Of a stretch of DNA of 64,000 nucleotides, positions 37,362 through 47,025 are shown one piece after another (the first letter of the stretch is position 1; every line of letters begins with the position of its first letter). The notes under the pieces were generated by a model. The model was not told the origin of the DNA, made no database searches, and worked only from the letters and a program-made list of their open reading frames with translations. This DNA is from Candidatus Woesearchaeota archaeon (GTDB lineage Archaea; Nanobdellota; Nanobdellia; SCGC-AAA011-G17; GW2011-AR17), in the NCBI GenBank assembly GCA_964411565.1, contig CAYPLB010000001.1, positions 106,839 through 170,838 on the forward strand, read 5' to 3'. The translations under genes were made by a program, and so were the position numbers.

Positions 37362-38324
37362 ATGAAAAATTTTTATCTTAGAATATTGCATGTATTTATT
37401 TTATTGAGTTTACTTTTTGCAGTTTTTTGGAAAGTTGGTGTTGATAGTATTATTGAAGTTTTTGTAAATCTTAATCCAATATGGTTGATTCCTTTTGTTG
37501 TAATCTATTTATCAACAAAGTTGATGGCAACTTTGAATCTTGCACTTCTGTTTAAAGCAATAAAGAAAAAAGTTTCTTATTTGATGTTGTTGAAATTTTT
37601 GTTATTGACAAATGCTGTAACTTTATTTTTTCCTAGTAGAACCGGAGAATTGAGTTTGCCAATATTATTGAAGAAACATAAAAATTTTGATTATGGAGAA
37701 GTTTTGTCTGTACAATTAATAGATAAATTGATTACTTTTGTTTTTTTTGGTGGATTAGCTTTATTTGGTTTAATATTTTTGTTTGATTTATCTAATAACT
37801 ATTTGTATATTTTGATCTTTACCTTAGTTTTACTTGTTTGTGTTGGATTTGCTGCATGGTCGGATAAATTTAGATTTTATGTGAAAAAATATGTATTAAG
37901 GAAATATTCTAAATATTTTAGGAATTTTTCTTCAAGTTTTAAGTATGCTTTTAGGAATAGGAAAAAATATTTGATAGTTAATTTTTTTGTAACCTTATCT
38001 CTTTTAATTGTTACTTTTATGGGAGGAGTATTTTTATTCTTAACTTTTGGACAGGAAGTTTCTTTGTTGCATGTTGCAATGATACAAGCTGTTGTAACAA
38101 TGATAACTTTACTTCCTATTCCTTTTTCAGGTCTAGGTTTGAAAGAAATTTCTGGAATTTATATGTATGGAATTATTGGAGTTCCGTATGCTGTTTCAGT
38201 TAATTATTTTTTGTTTAACTTTTTGTTTAAGTATATATTTGGATCTGTTGTTTATGGGATATTTAATAAAGAATTCTTAGGGAAGAAAAGAAATCATGTT
38301 GTTTCCAGTGTTGAGGATAGTTGA
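37362..38324 (+). CDS. Lysylphosphatidylglycerol synthase TM / flippase-like membrane protein (UPF0104)
   Basis: FFPSRTGE and LLPIPFSGLGLKE motifs; about 8 TM helices. Confidence 0.85.
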   Translation: MKNFYLRILHVFILLSLLFAVFWKVGVDSIIEVFVNLNPIWLIPFVVIYLSTKLMATLNLALLFKAIKKKVSYLMLLKFLLLTNAVTLFFPSRTGELSLPILLKKHKNFDYGEVLSVQLIDKLITFVFFGGLALFGLIFLFDLSNNYLYILIFTLVLLVCVGFAAWSDKFRFYVKKYVLRKYSKYFRNFSSSFKYAFRNRKKYLIVNFFVTLSLLIVTFMGGVFLFLTFGQEVSLLHVAMIQAVVTMITLLPIPFSGLGLKEISGIYMYGIIGVPYAVSVNYFLFNFLFKYIFGSVVYGIFNKEFLGKKRNHVVSSVEDS

Positions 38325-39137
38325 ACCTTTTTCTTGTAAAAATTTTAATCCTCTTTCAAAATCTTCTTTATTTTCAAAATAGTAAATATTTTTATCTTTT
38401 AGTTTGAATAAAAAGGAAGTTATATTTTTTTCAATTGTTGTTTCATCAATTTGTTTCTTTGCAAAATATTCTTCTGTTTCTTTGAAAGTTTTGATTGTTC
38501 CTGTGTCAAGCCAAGTGAAAACAACACCTTTTAGTTCTTTTTCAAGTAAAGCATTTGAACCATTTGAAACTTGAATCTCATCTTTTATTAGAGTCTTATT
38601 ATTTGTTAATGCACTCCAGAAAGTTTCATAGTCCTTTATTCCTAAAGCTCCAATATAAGCATGTTTGTTGTCACATTTTACTTTGTCATCAAGTCTTATT
38701 ATAATATTTTTTTCATCCATTTTTACAGAACAAAATCTTTCAACATCATCGATCTTAGAAATTCCCATCCAATTTATAATTGGTTTTGGTATTTCTTCTA
38801 ATACAATAGTATCAGCTGCTAAGTGAATAAATGGACATTGAAGGTGATTTTTACACATTAACATAGAGTAACCAGGACCTGAACCTATACCTTCAAATTT
38901 TTCAATATTAACAAAAGTGATTTTATGATCTGGATGTGCAAATTTAATGTATTCAATAAGTTTTTCTTTGAGATATCCTACAGCAATTACAATCTCAACA
39001 TCTTTTGGAAATTTTTCTATTAAATAAGATATTACTCCCTTGTTATTTATAGGAAGCATAGCTTTGTTCATTGTTGCAGCTAATTTTCCCATCCTAGTTC
39101 CTTTACCTGCTGCTAAGATACAAACTTTGTATTCCAT
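38277..39137 (-). CDS. NTP transferase, paralogue of the N-terminal domain of 30311-31972
   Basis: YKVCILAAGKGTRMG, NKAMLP, IEKFPKDVEIVI, GSGPG, WLDTG. Confidence 0.85.
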   Translation of the reverse strand: MEYKVCILAAGKGTRMGKLAATMNKAMLPINNKGVISYLIEKFPKDVEIVIAVGYLKEKLIEYIKFAHPDHKITFVNIEKFEGIGSGPGYSMLMCKNHLQCPFIHLAADTIVLEEIPKPIINWMGISKIDDVERFCSVKMDEKNIIIRLDDKVKCDNKHAYIGALGIKDYETFWSALTNNKTLIKDEIQVSNGSNALLEKELKGVVFTWLDTGTIKTFKETEEYFAKKQIDETTIEKNITSFLFKLKDKNIYYFENKEDFERGLKFLQEKGSTILNTGNNMISFLP

Positions 39138-39216
39138 AAATCTCTAAAAATTGTGATCTATTTAAAATTTTTATGATTCTAAAGTTTTTTAAATAAATCT
39201 TTTTATCTTTTTGATA

Positions 39217-40698
39217 ATGTCTAAAAGTTCACTAGATTGGATTGTAAGAGGAGCATTTTTTGTGTTTATAGGTTTGTTTTTCTCTAAATTGCTAAATTTT
39301 GCATTTAGAACTATTGTTGCAAGATGGTTAGGTCCAGTAGATTATGGTGTTTTGAGTTTAGGTATTGCTGTGTTTAGTATTGTTGGAATGGTTGCTTCTT
39401 TAGGTTTGGAACATGGTGTTGAAAGATACTTAGGATACTTTTATGGAAAGAAAAAAGAAATGAAGAATGTAATCTTTTCAGGTTTGAAGATAGCTTTTGT
39501 TTCAAGTATTATTTTTGCTGTGTTATTATTTGTATTTTCTAGTAATTTATCAAGTTTGATTAGTTCAAATGGTACATTAAGAAGTTTCTTACTAATATTA
39601 GCTTTGGTTTTACCTTTCTGGGTTATTACTGAGTTGTTTATGGCTGTGTTTAGAGGAACAAAGAAAATTGAAAACTATATTACTGTTAGGCAAATTGTTG
39701 AGCCAGGAGTAAAAGTTTTGTTGGCTGTAGCATTTTTATATTTTGGATATTCATTGTTTGGAGTTATGTGGGCTTATGTTTTGAGTTATTTTGTTAGTTT
39801 TTTTGTAGGAATGTTTTTTGTTTGGAAATTGATTTCAAAGTATAAAGATAAAAATTTAGGAAAATCTTTTGGAAAGAAATTGTTGACATTTTCTTGGCCA
39901 TTGTTGTTTATGGGGGCTTTGTTTACTTGTATGACTTGGATTGATACATTGATGATTGGATATTTTTTAACTGAAGATTTAGTAGGTGTATATAATGTTG
40001 CTATACCTTTAGCTGCTTTGTTAGTTATACCTATTAATTTGTTTAAGGGATTGTTTATTCCTGTAGTTAGTAAATTATATGCTGAGAAAAAGTTTAAGGA
40101 AATTAAAAAAGTATATAAGAAATTGTTGTGTTGGTTTGTAAGTTTAACTTTCCCACTGTTTATGTTTATGTTTTACTATACTGAAGAATTAATTGTATTT
40201 TTATTTGGTATGGATTATGTTGGAGCTTTGTGGCCAATGAGAATTTTGTTGTTAGGAACTATGATTGTTACTTTCTTTGGGGTTTTAGGATTATTGTATA
40301 ATAGTTTTGCTATGACCAAAATGAAATTATTAATTAGTTTTGTTGCTACAGTTATAGGTGTAGTGTTGAATATTGTTTTTATTCAAATTTATGGGATTAC
40401 AGGTGCAGCATTAGCAACTGCTTTGTCTTTGTTAGTGTTTAATATTTTGTTGTTTGTGCCTCTGTTTAGAAGATTTAGAATATCTCTTTTAGATTTTGAT
40501 TTGATAAAACAATATTTTAGAGTTTTAATTGTTGGAGTTTTGAGTTTCTTTGCTTTAGTTTGGATTTTTGGTAATGTAGAGAGATATATTCTTATTTTAT
40601 TTGCTTTAGTTTATGGTTTTGTTTATTTATTGTTCTTGTTTATTTTTGGTGGAATAAATAAAGAAGATGTGAAAAGTTTTAAAAGTTTTAGAAATTAA
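39217..40698 (+). CDS. Oligosaccharide flippase (Wzx/AglR-like, MOP superfamily)
   Basis: ARWLGPVDYG, FSWPL, DTLMIGYF...VGVYNVA, YGITGAALAT; about 14 TM helices. Confidence 0.9.
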   Translation: MSKSSLDWIVRGAFFVFIGLFFSKLLNFAFRTIVARWLGPVDYGVLSLGIAVFSIVGMVASLGLEHGVERYLGYFYGKKKEMKNVIFSGLKIAFVSSIIFAVLLFVFSSNLSSLISSNGTLRSFLLILALVLPFWVITELFMAVFRGTKKIENYITVRQIVEPGVKVLLAVAFLYFGYSLFGVMWAYVLSYFVSFFVGMFFVWKLISKYKDKNLGKSFGKKLLTFSWPLLFMGALFTCMTWIDTLMIGYFLTEDLVGVYNVAIPLAALLVIPINLFKGLFIPVVSKLYAEKKFKEIKKVYKKLLCWFVSLTFPLFMFMFYYTEELIVFLFGMDYVGALWPMRILLLGTMIVTFFGVLGLLYNSFAMTKMKLLISFVATVIGVVLNIVFIQIYGITGAALATALSLLVFNILLFVPLFRRFRISLLDFDLIKQYFRVLIVGVLSFFALVWIFGNVERYILILFALVYGFVYLLFLFIFGGINKEDVKSFKSFRN

Positions 40699-41411
40699 GT
40701 TAAAAATACTTGTTTTGATATGTCTTCTTTTTTTAGGAATACATGTATTGTTTTTGCAATCCAGTATATATTGTAAGAGAATGCATAGAATAAAATGTAG
40801 TACTCTGGAATTCCAATTAATATAGAGATAAATAACATTTCAATTGAATAATCGATAAGCATTATTTTTCTTGATATTGAGTAAATATTGTGTAGTTTTC
40901 CTTGTTTTTTTGGTTTATCATCAGTAATTTTCTTTTGGTAAATGAACATCTCTTTTAATGGGATTAATTCTTTCATGATAAATCCAATTAGGAAAAAACT
41001 CATAGCTATAATTATCCAAGTTTTACCTGTGTTTAGAAAATATGAAATAGCTAAGAAAGTTTGTGGTAAAATTGCCATGGACCATGATCCAATGAAATCT
41101 ATAATTGCTCCTTTCTTACTGAATTGTTTTTTGTATCTAGCTAATGAACCATCTACCATGTCTAATTGTAAACAAAGTAAAATAATTGCACTTGCGATTA
41201 TGTGTACTGAAAAGTTGTAGATCAAGAAAAAAGGTGATGTAATTAAAACTAGTAAAACCCAAAACATTGTTAATTGGTTTGGAGTTATTTTAGTGTGAAG
41301 TAAAGTCCAAAGAAAATAAGGAGAGAAAATTCTAAGATGAGTTTCTGTTTTTCTGTTTTTGAATTTCCAAGCGAACTTATTTAATTCTTTTATTGATGGA
41401 ACTTTTTTCAT
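40695..41411 (-). CDS. CDP-alcohol phosphotransferase family protein
   Basis: ITPNQLT and LDMVDGSLARYKKQFSKKGAIIDFIGS; the last Asp of the motif is replaced by Ser. Confidence 0.85.
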   Translation of the reverse strand: MKKVPSIKELNKFAWKFKNRKTETHLRIFSPYFLWTLLHTKITPNQLTMFWVLLVLITSPFFLIYNFSVHIIASAIILLCLQLDMVDGSLARYKKQFSKKGAIIDFIGSWSMAILPQTFLAISYFLNTGKTWIIIAMSFFLIGFIMKELIPLKEMFIYQKKITDDKPKKQGKLHNIYSISRKIMLIDYSIEMLFISILIGIPEYYILFYAFSYNIYWIAKTIHVFLKKEDISKQVFLT

Positions 41412-42136
41412 TTTTTTCTTGCTATGAATACAAACTCTTGAGGAGTGATTGGTGGATATCTTTCGAATTCTCTGATTAATGCCATTGCTATTGGGTCTAA
41501 GTTTAAGTAATATAATCTTGAAGCATTTACTTGCAAATTGTAGTGATTGATAACTGTGTCAACTTCAATTATTTCAAAACCAGCTTCCTCTAATTCTTGA
41601 ATGAATTCTTTTTCTTTTATTTTATAATCTACAACATCAATCTTTTCGTTACTTTGTTTTATTGATCTATCTATGAAATTTTTGTTTGCCATGTCTGTAA
41701 TGAAAATTGAATTGTCATTTAAGTGAGAATGTACATTTGCTAAAAGCTTTTTTCTGTCTTCTTTGTCAAAATGTCTGAAAAATCTGAATGAATAAATTAA
41801 ATCATATTTATTCTTTAACTTTAAATTAAATGCATCACCTTGAATAAATTTCCAGTTTTTGCCTTTTAGTCTTTTTTTTGCAACATTTAACATATTTTTT
41901 GCATTGTCAAAAGCAGTTCCATTTTTTGCATTAATATCCACAGTTAATCTTGCTGGTCCACAAGCCAAATCTAAAACATTTTCTGCATTGTATTTTTTAA
42001 TATAAGAATTTACTATAGAAGTTTCTCTTTCATGTAAAAATCTGCCTAATGGTTTTGAGAATCTGTTTTTAACATAACCTTTGATTAAGCCTTCTGAATC
42101 ATAATGATCTTTTATATCATTCTTTTCTTTTAACAT
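41408..42136 (-). CDS. Class I SAM-dependent methyltransferase
   Basis: VLDLACGPAR, IQGDAF, YDLIYSFRFFRHF; ATGA overlap with the downstream gene. Confidence 0.9.
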   Translation of the reverse strand: MLKEKNDIKDHYDSEGLIKGYVKNRFSKPLGRFLHERETSIVNSYIKKYNAENVLDLACGPARLTVDINAKNGTAFDNAKNMLNVAKKRLKGKNWKFIQGDAFNLKLKNKYDLIYSFRFFRHFDKEDRKKLLANVHSHLNDNSIFITDMANKNFIDRSIKQSNEKIDVVDYKIKEKEFIQELEEAGFEIIEVDTVINHYNLQVNASRLYYLNLDPIAMALIREFERYPPITPQEFVFIARKK

Positions 42137-42184
42137 TTAGACTATTTTCTTAAAGATTATTTATAAATTTTTGGGATCTATAGT

Positions 42185-42487
42185 TTAAAAAGTTCTAATC
42201 TCAATTTTGTGAGAAAAAGTTTTTTCGTAATTATCTGCAAACCTTTCTAGTTGAGGAATAATGTCTTTATCTAATACTTTTATTATTAAACCTTCTTGTG
42301 GTACTATTGAGGGGGACCTCATTTCATCATCTTTACTTGGAAAATGTAATGTTGCTTGATATTTTTCTCTGTCTGTGCTAATAACATGAGAATAACAGTC
42401 AGGTAAAGTTCCATGAATATCATCACAATATGGGTGAGTATAATGTATTAATTCTTCATTTTCAAGTAATTTATTTATTGTTGACAT
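42185..42487 (-). CDS. Hypothetical protein
   Basis: ORF with a TATA box about 25 nt upstream (minus-strand TTTATAAA near 42508-42515). Confidence 0.6.
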   Translation of the reverse strand: MSTINKLLENEELIHYTHPYCDDIHGTLPDCYSHVISTDREKYQATLHFPSKDDEMRSPSIVPQEGLIIKVLDKDIIPQLERFADNYEKTFSHKIEIRTF

Positions 42488-42594
42488 AATAATGTTTTTT
42501 TTGAGGTTTTTATAAACCTTTTGGATTTTTTTTTATAAATATAATTGAAGAATAATAAAATTTATATAGATCTAATTAAGGAATTTAGAAGGTT

Positions 42595-43896
42595 ATGAAG
42601 ATAAGTTTAGTGTTTGCAAGGATGAAATATAAAACTGGAGATCCTCCAGGAGGTTTGGCATTACTAGCAGCACAATTAAGAAATAATGGTTATTCTGTTG
42701 ATTTGGTAGATTCTACTTTTAATCCTACAATGGAATTTATTAAGAAAAGAATTGATGATTTTGATGCAGATTATGTTGCAGTATATTGTGATTCATTAAT
42801 GTTGAATGATGTTAAAGAAATTGCAAAATATTCAAAGTCTAAAGGGAAAAAAGTTATTATTGGTGGGCCACAAGCTACACTTAGACCTGAGACTTTAACA
42901 GAATTTTCTGATTATGTTGTAAAGGGTGAAGCTGAATTAGCTATGTTGGATATTTTGAAAGGCAAAGCTAAAGAAAAAATTTTAGAAGGAGAAAAAGCAG
43001 ATTTAGAAAATTTGCCTATTATGGCTTATGATCTTTTAGATATGGAAGAATATATCAAACTTTGGCATGTTTTTGATAGTATTGATCCAACTGTTAGAGG
43101 AACAAATATGTTTTCTTCAAGAGGATGTCCTTTTAGATGTACATTTTGTCAGCCTGTTCTTGAAAAGATTTTTGGTAAAGGAGTAAGAACAAGGACTGTT
43201 GATAGTGTAATTGAAGAAATGAAATATTTGAAGAATAATTTTGGTATTAATGCAATATGGTTCAATGATGATACTTTTACAGTTAGGAAAGAATGGATAA
43301 AAGAATTTTGTGAAAGAATTGTTGATGAAGAGTTAGAAATGCAGTGGGGAATTAATTCTAGAATAGGTTTATTAAATGAAGATGAAATGAGAATGATGTA
43401 TGCTGCTGGTTTGAGAATAATGCATGTTGGTGTAGAAACTGGATGTCAAAGAGTTGCTGATGAAATTTATAATAAGGATATTGATCTTTCTAAAGTTCAT
43501 GGGGATGTAGCTATGGCTGAGAAAGTTGGAATAAGATGTCTTTGTTATTTTATGCTTGGAGCTCCAGGAGAAACTAAAGAAGAAATTTTACAGACAATTA
43601 AATTTGCTAAGTCTTTAGATGCTACAGAAATTACTGCTACAATAACAACCCCATTACCTGAAACTCATATGTATGAAAGAATGAAAGATAAGTATAAGTT
43701 GACAGAAGATTATGATTATTATAAAAATAGAATTTTTGAAGATGATAGTATCTCATTTTCAGAATTGAAATTTTTACAAAAAAGGTTGTTATTTGAATTT
43801 TATACGCATCCTAAGAGATGGAATTATGTTGCAAAACATTTAACTTCTGTTCAAGGATTGCATAAAATGTATTTGAAAGTTATGAGGTTTATGTAA
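42595..43896 (+). CDS. B12-binding-domain radical SAM protein
   Basis: PPGGLALLAA, IIGGPQAT, SSRGCPFRCTFC, FNDDTF, GVETG, FMLGAPGET. Confidence 0.9.
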   Translation: MKISLVFARMKYKTGDPPGGLALLAAQLRNNGYSVDLVDSTFNPTMEFIKKRIDDFDADYVAVYCDSLMLNDVKEIAKYSKSKGKKVIIGGPQATLRPETLTEFSDYVVKGEAELAMLDILKGKAKEKILEGEKADLENLPIMAYDLLDMEEYIKLWHVFDSIDPTVRGTNMFSSRGCPFRCTFCQPVLEKIFGKGVRTRTVDSVIEEMKYLKNNFGINAIWFNDDTFTVRKEWIKEFCERIVDEELEMQWGINSRIGLLNEDEMRMMYAAGLRIMHVGVETGCQRVADEIYNKDIDLSKVHGDVAMAEKVGIRCLCYFMLGAPGETKEEILQTIKFAKSLDATEITATITTPLPETHMYERMKDKYKLTEDYDYYKNRIFEDDSISFSELKFLQKRLLFEFYTHPKRWNYVAKHLTSVQGLHKMYLKVMRFM

Positions 43897-43897
43897 A

Positions 43898-44275
43898 ATG
43901 GTAAAAATATATGTAGCACATTCAAAGAAGTTGAATTTTTTTGAGGAATTATATATTCCTTTAAGACATAGTGTATTAAATCTTGAGCATGATATAACTC
44001 TACCACATGAAAAAAGTGATGCTCTTTATAGTTCAAAAGATTTTTTTAGAAATGATTGTGATCTATTGGTTGTTGAAGCTTCATATCCTACAATTGGTGC
44101 TGGTATTGAAGCAGGATGGGCTGATGCTTATGATGTTCCAATTATTGTTATGCATAAAGAAGGAATGAAGTTATCAAAATCTATTGCTTCAATGGGGGAT
44201 GTAATAAAATATAATTCTTTGGATGATATGATCTCAAAACTTTCTGAAGCTGTGAATGAGAAAATTAGTTCTTAG
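43898..44275 (+). CDS. Nucleoside 2-deoxyribosyltransferase / nucleotide N-hydrolase-like protein
   Basis: KIYVAHS, LPHE, CDLLVVEASYPTIGAGIEAGWA. Confidence 0.75.
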   Translation: MVKIYVAHSKKLNFFEELYIPLRHSVLNLEHDITLPHEKSDALYSSKDFFRNDCDLLVVEASYPTIGAGIEAGWADAYDVPIIVMHKEGMKLSKSIASMGDVIKYNSLDDMISKLSEAVNEKISS

Positions 44276-44314
44276 ATCATAAATCTTAAAAAAGGATTAT
44301 ATTATTTCTGGATT

Positions 44315-45886
44315 ATGAAATTTATTAAAGATAATCTTAGTTTGATTTTAATATTATTATTAGGTTTCTTTTTAAGATTATTTTTAATGTTTACAATTGG
44401 GTATAGAGATATGGCTTCTGATGCTTTGGGTTATGTAATGATAGCTAAAGCTTTATTTCAAGAAGGATTTTTGATAGAACAAGCTTTATTTTTCCCACCA
44501 GGATATCCATTGTTTATTGGAGTTTTTAATTGGTTTATTGAAGATGCTTTGATTGCAGCAAGATTTGTGTCAGTAGTTTTTGGAACTTTGACAGTGTTTG
44601 TTTCTTATAAAATTGGAAAAGAAATGTCAAATAAATCTGGTGGATTGTTTGCAGCTTTAGCAATGGCTATTTATCCCGGAATTGTTCAAGCTGGTGCTCT
44701 TGCAATGAGTGAAGCATTGTTTATTTTCTTTATGTTTTTGGCAGTTTATTCTTCAATAAAAATTTTGAGAGATATTAGTTGGTTATATATTGTAATGTTA
44801 GGTGCTTCAATTGCTTTTACATATTTGATTAGACCTGAAGGAATATTTTTGTTTCCTTTACCTTGCTTTGTAATATTTTGGAATTGTAAAAATTTTATGT
44901 TTAAGAATGCAAGTAAAGTTCTTGTTGTGTTTTTAGTTTTTGTTTTGATTACAAGTCCTTATTTTTATTATGTTTTTTTGGAGACTGGAGACTTTTCTAT
45001 TAGTGGGAAAGGTGGATGGAATTTGTTAAAGGGAGAGATTGTAACAGGTCCTGAAGAAGAATGGAGAATTGAATATCTTTCTTTGAATGAAGATAAAACT
45101 TTAACTTTGCTTGAAGAAATTTCTTTTGAAATATCGACATTAGATTATATTCTTGAAAATCCAGGAGATATGTTTGATCGGTATGTAATACAGTTTATTG
45201 AAGTAGTAAGGTTATTATTTTATTTGATAGTACCTGTGTTATTTGCTTTGATCTTTTTCTTTTTGAATAAGTATAAAGATGTAGGTTTGATGTATATGCT
45301 TTTAGCTTATGTTATTATGTTGATTTTTATTTATCCTCTTTATACAATTCATCCTAGATATTTGTTTATTTTAGCAGCTCCTTTAGTTTTGGTGTCAAGT
45401 TTAGGTTTTGCTAAAGCTAGGAGAACTGTGAAAAAGTATTATGATAAATATGATTTGGCTAATAATATTAAAAGCATTTTAGTTTTTATTTTAATTTTAT
45501 TTTCATTCTTGTATCTTGTTTCTTTAGCTTATGATTTACCTTATTATGTTTCTTATGGTCAAGGAGATGTGCCTGAAGTTTATTCTGATGCTGCTGATGT
45601 GATTCTTTCTTATGAGGAAACTGAAAGATTGAATATCATGGCTGCAACTTCTTATATTAGTTACTTTTCTGATTCTAATATGGTTAATTTTCCGTATGCA
45701 AATGTTGAAGACTTTTTGGAGTATGCAGAGAATAGAGAAGTTGATTATATTGTTATTGAAGAAAGTTCACAAGGTAATTGGGATGTATATGAAGATTATA
45801 CAAATCTAGATGATTATGATTATATAGAATTAATATTTGAAGATGATTCAACAGGAAGTCTAATTCAAGTCTTTAAGGTTGATTGA
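44315..45886 (+). CDS. GT-C fold multi-pass membrane glycosyltransferase
   Basis: SDALGY, FPPGYPL, MSEALF, YLIRPEG, PRY. Confidence 0.8.
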   Translation: MKFIKDNLSLILILLLGFFLRLFLMFTIGYRDMASDALGYVMIAKALFQEGFLIEQALFFPPGYPLFIGVFNWFIEDALIAARFVSVVFGTLTVFVSYKIGKEMSNKSGGLFAALAMAIYPGIVQAGALAMSEALFIFFMFLAVYSSIKILRDISWLYIVMLGASIAFTYLIRPEGIFLFPLPCFVIFWNCKNFMFKNASKVLVVFLVFVLITSPYFYYVFLETGDFSISGKGGWNLLKGEIVTGPEEEWRIEYLSLNEDKTLTLLEEISFEISTLDYILENPGDMFDRYVIQFIEVVRLLFYLIVPVLFALIFFFLNKYKDVGLMYMLLAYVIMLIFIYPLYTIHPRYLFILAAPLVLVSSLGFAKARRTVKKYYDKYDLANNIKSILVFILILFSFLYLVSLAYDLPYYVSYGQGDVPEVYSDAADVILSYEETERLNIMAATSYISYFSDSNMVNFPYANVEDFLEYAENREVDYIVIEESSQGNWDVYEDYTNLDDYDYIELIFEDDSTGSLIQVFKVD

Positions 45887-46598
45887 CTTTATATTTTCCT
45901 AGAAAATTATTGTATCTAACTTTTAGTAATTCTTTGAACATGCTATAACCATCTTTTATTGGATGTAATGTACTTCCTTCTTGGTCAACCCATTGTACAG
46001 GAACTTCTTTTATTTTATATCTCATTTTTTTTGCTAAGAATAAAAGTTCTACATCAAAACCAAAACGATCTATTGTTTGGTGTTTTATGATGTTTTGAAT
46101 AACATCAGTTTTGAACAATTTGAAACCACATTGTGTGTCACTAATTCCTCTAACTGCAATAACTCGTACCATTAAAGGAAAAGTTTTTCCCATGATCTGT
46201 CTGTAGAAAGGTTGATTAACAATTATTTCTGAATCTTCTAAAGTTCTTGATGCAATTACAATATCATTATCATTTATGTTTTCAAGTAAAATATCCAGTT
46301 CATCAATTGGAGTTGCTAAGTCACTGTCAGTGAAAAGAACATAGTCATATTTTGCATTCATAATTCCATTTTTTACAGAGAAACCTTTTCCTCTGTTAAT
46401 TTTGTTTTCTATGACTCTTAAATTTGTTTTATCTTTGAATTGATTTGCAACTTCTGTAGTTTTATCTTTTGATCCATCATTAACTACAATGATTTCATAG
46501 TTTAAATTTAAGGAATCTAAATAAGGTATAATCTTCTCTAGTGACCCTCCAAGTCTTTTCTCCTCATTGTATGCAGGAATTACAATAGATAAATCCAT
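45873..46598 (-). CDS. Dolichyl-phosphate beta-glucosyltransferase-like GT2
   Basis: LSIVIPAYNEEKRL, NRGKGFSV, FTDSDLATP, DTQCGFKLF, FGFDVELL, EVPVQW. Confidence 0.9.
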   Translation of the reverse strand: MDLSIVIPAYNEEKRLGGSLEKIIPYLDSLNLNYEIIVVNDGSKDKTTEVANQFKDKTNLRVIENKINRGKGFSVKNGIMNAKYDYVLFTDSDLATPIDELDILLENINDNDIVIASRTLEDSEIIVNQPFYRQIMGKTFPLMVRVIAVRGISDTQCGFKLFKTDVIQNIIKHQTIDRFGFDVELLFLAKKMRYKIKEVPVQWVDQEGSTLHPIKDGYSMFKELLKVRYNNFLGKYKVNQP

Positions 46599-46681
46599 TA
46601 AATTTGGTTAAAAAAACTGGGTTTATAAGGATTTTGTAATAAAAGTAAAGCTTTTTAAGTTGATATTTGTTTAATTTTTTG

Positions 46682-46990
46682 ATGGTAGAAGAAGTTCAAG
46701 GAAGTTTTGATAAGTATAAGGATTGTGAGTTAGATGGTAAAGGATATTTTTTGATAAAGATTTATTCTGATGAAGATAAAATTGGGATTAGGTTTTGTGA
46801 AATGGAAACAAATAAACCTGTTATTGATATTTTTGGAAAAATTCCTCAAGAGTTATATACTGAAGCTATTAAAAGAGATTTAATATCTAGTTTGGAACAT
46901 GCAGCTTATTTAGGTAAAGAATTAATGAAAGCTTATGTTTGTTTGAAATTAAAAAGAGAATATATCCAAGATGAGGATAATTTTCTTTAG
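46682..46990 (+). CDS. DUF4346 domain protein
   Basis: DGKGYFLI...ISSLEHAAYLGKEL.KA...YIQD; start placed at ATG 46682. Confidence 0.75.
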   Translation: MVEEVQGSFDKYKDCELDGKGYFLIKIYSDEDKIGIRFCEMETNKPVIDIFGKIPQELYTEAIKRDLISSLEHAAYLGKELMKAYVCLKLKREYIQDEDNFL

Positions 46991-47025
46991 AAAGTTTTAT
47001 AAGTTTCTTTTATATGATTTAGTTT

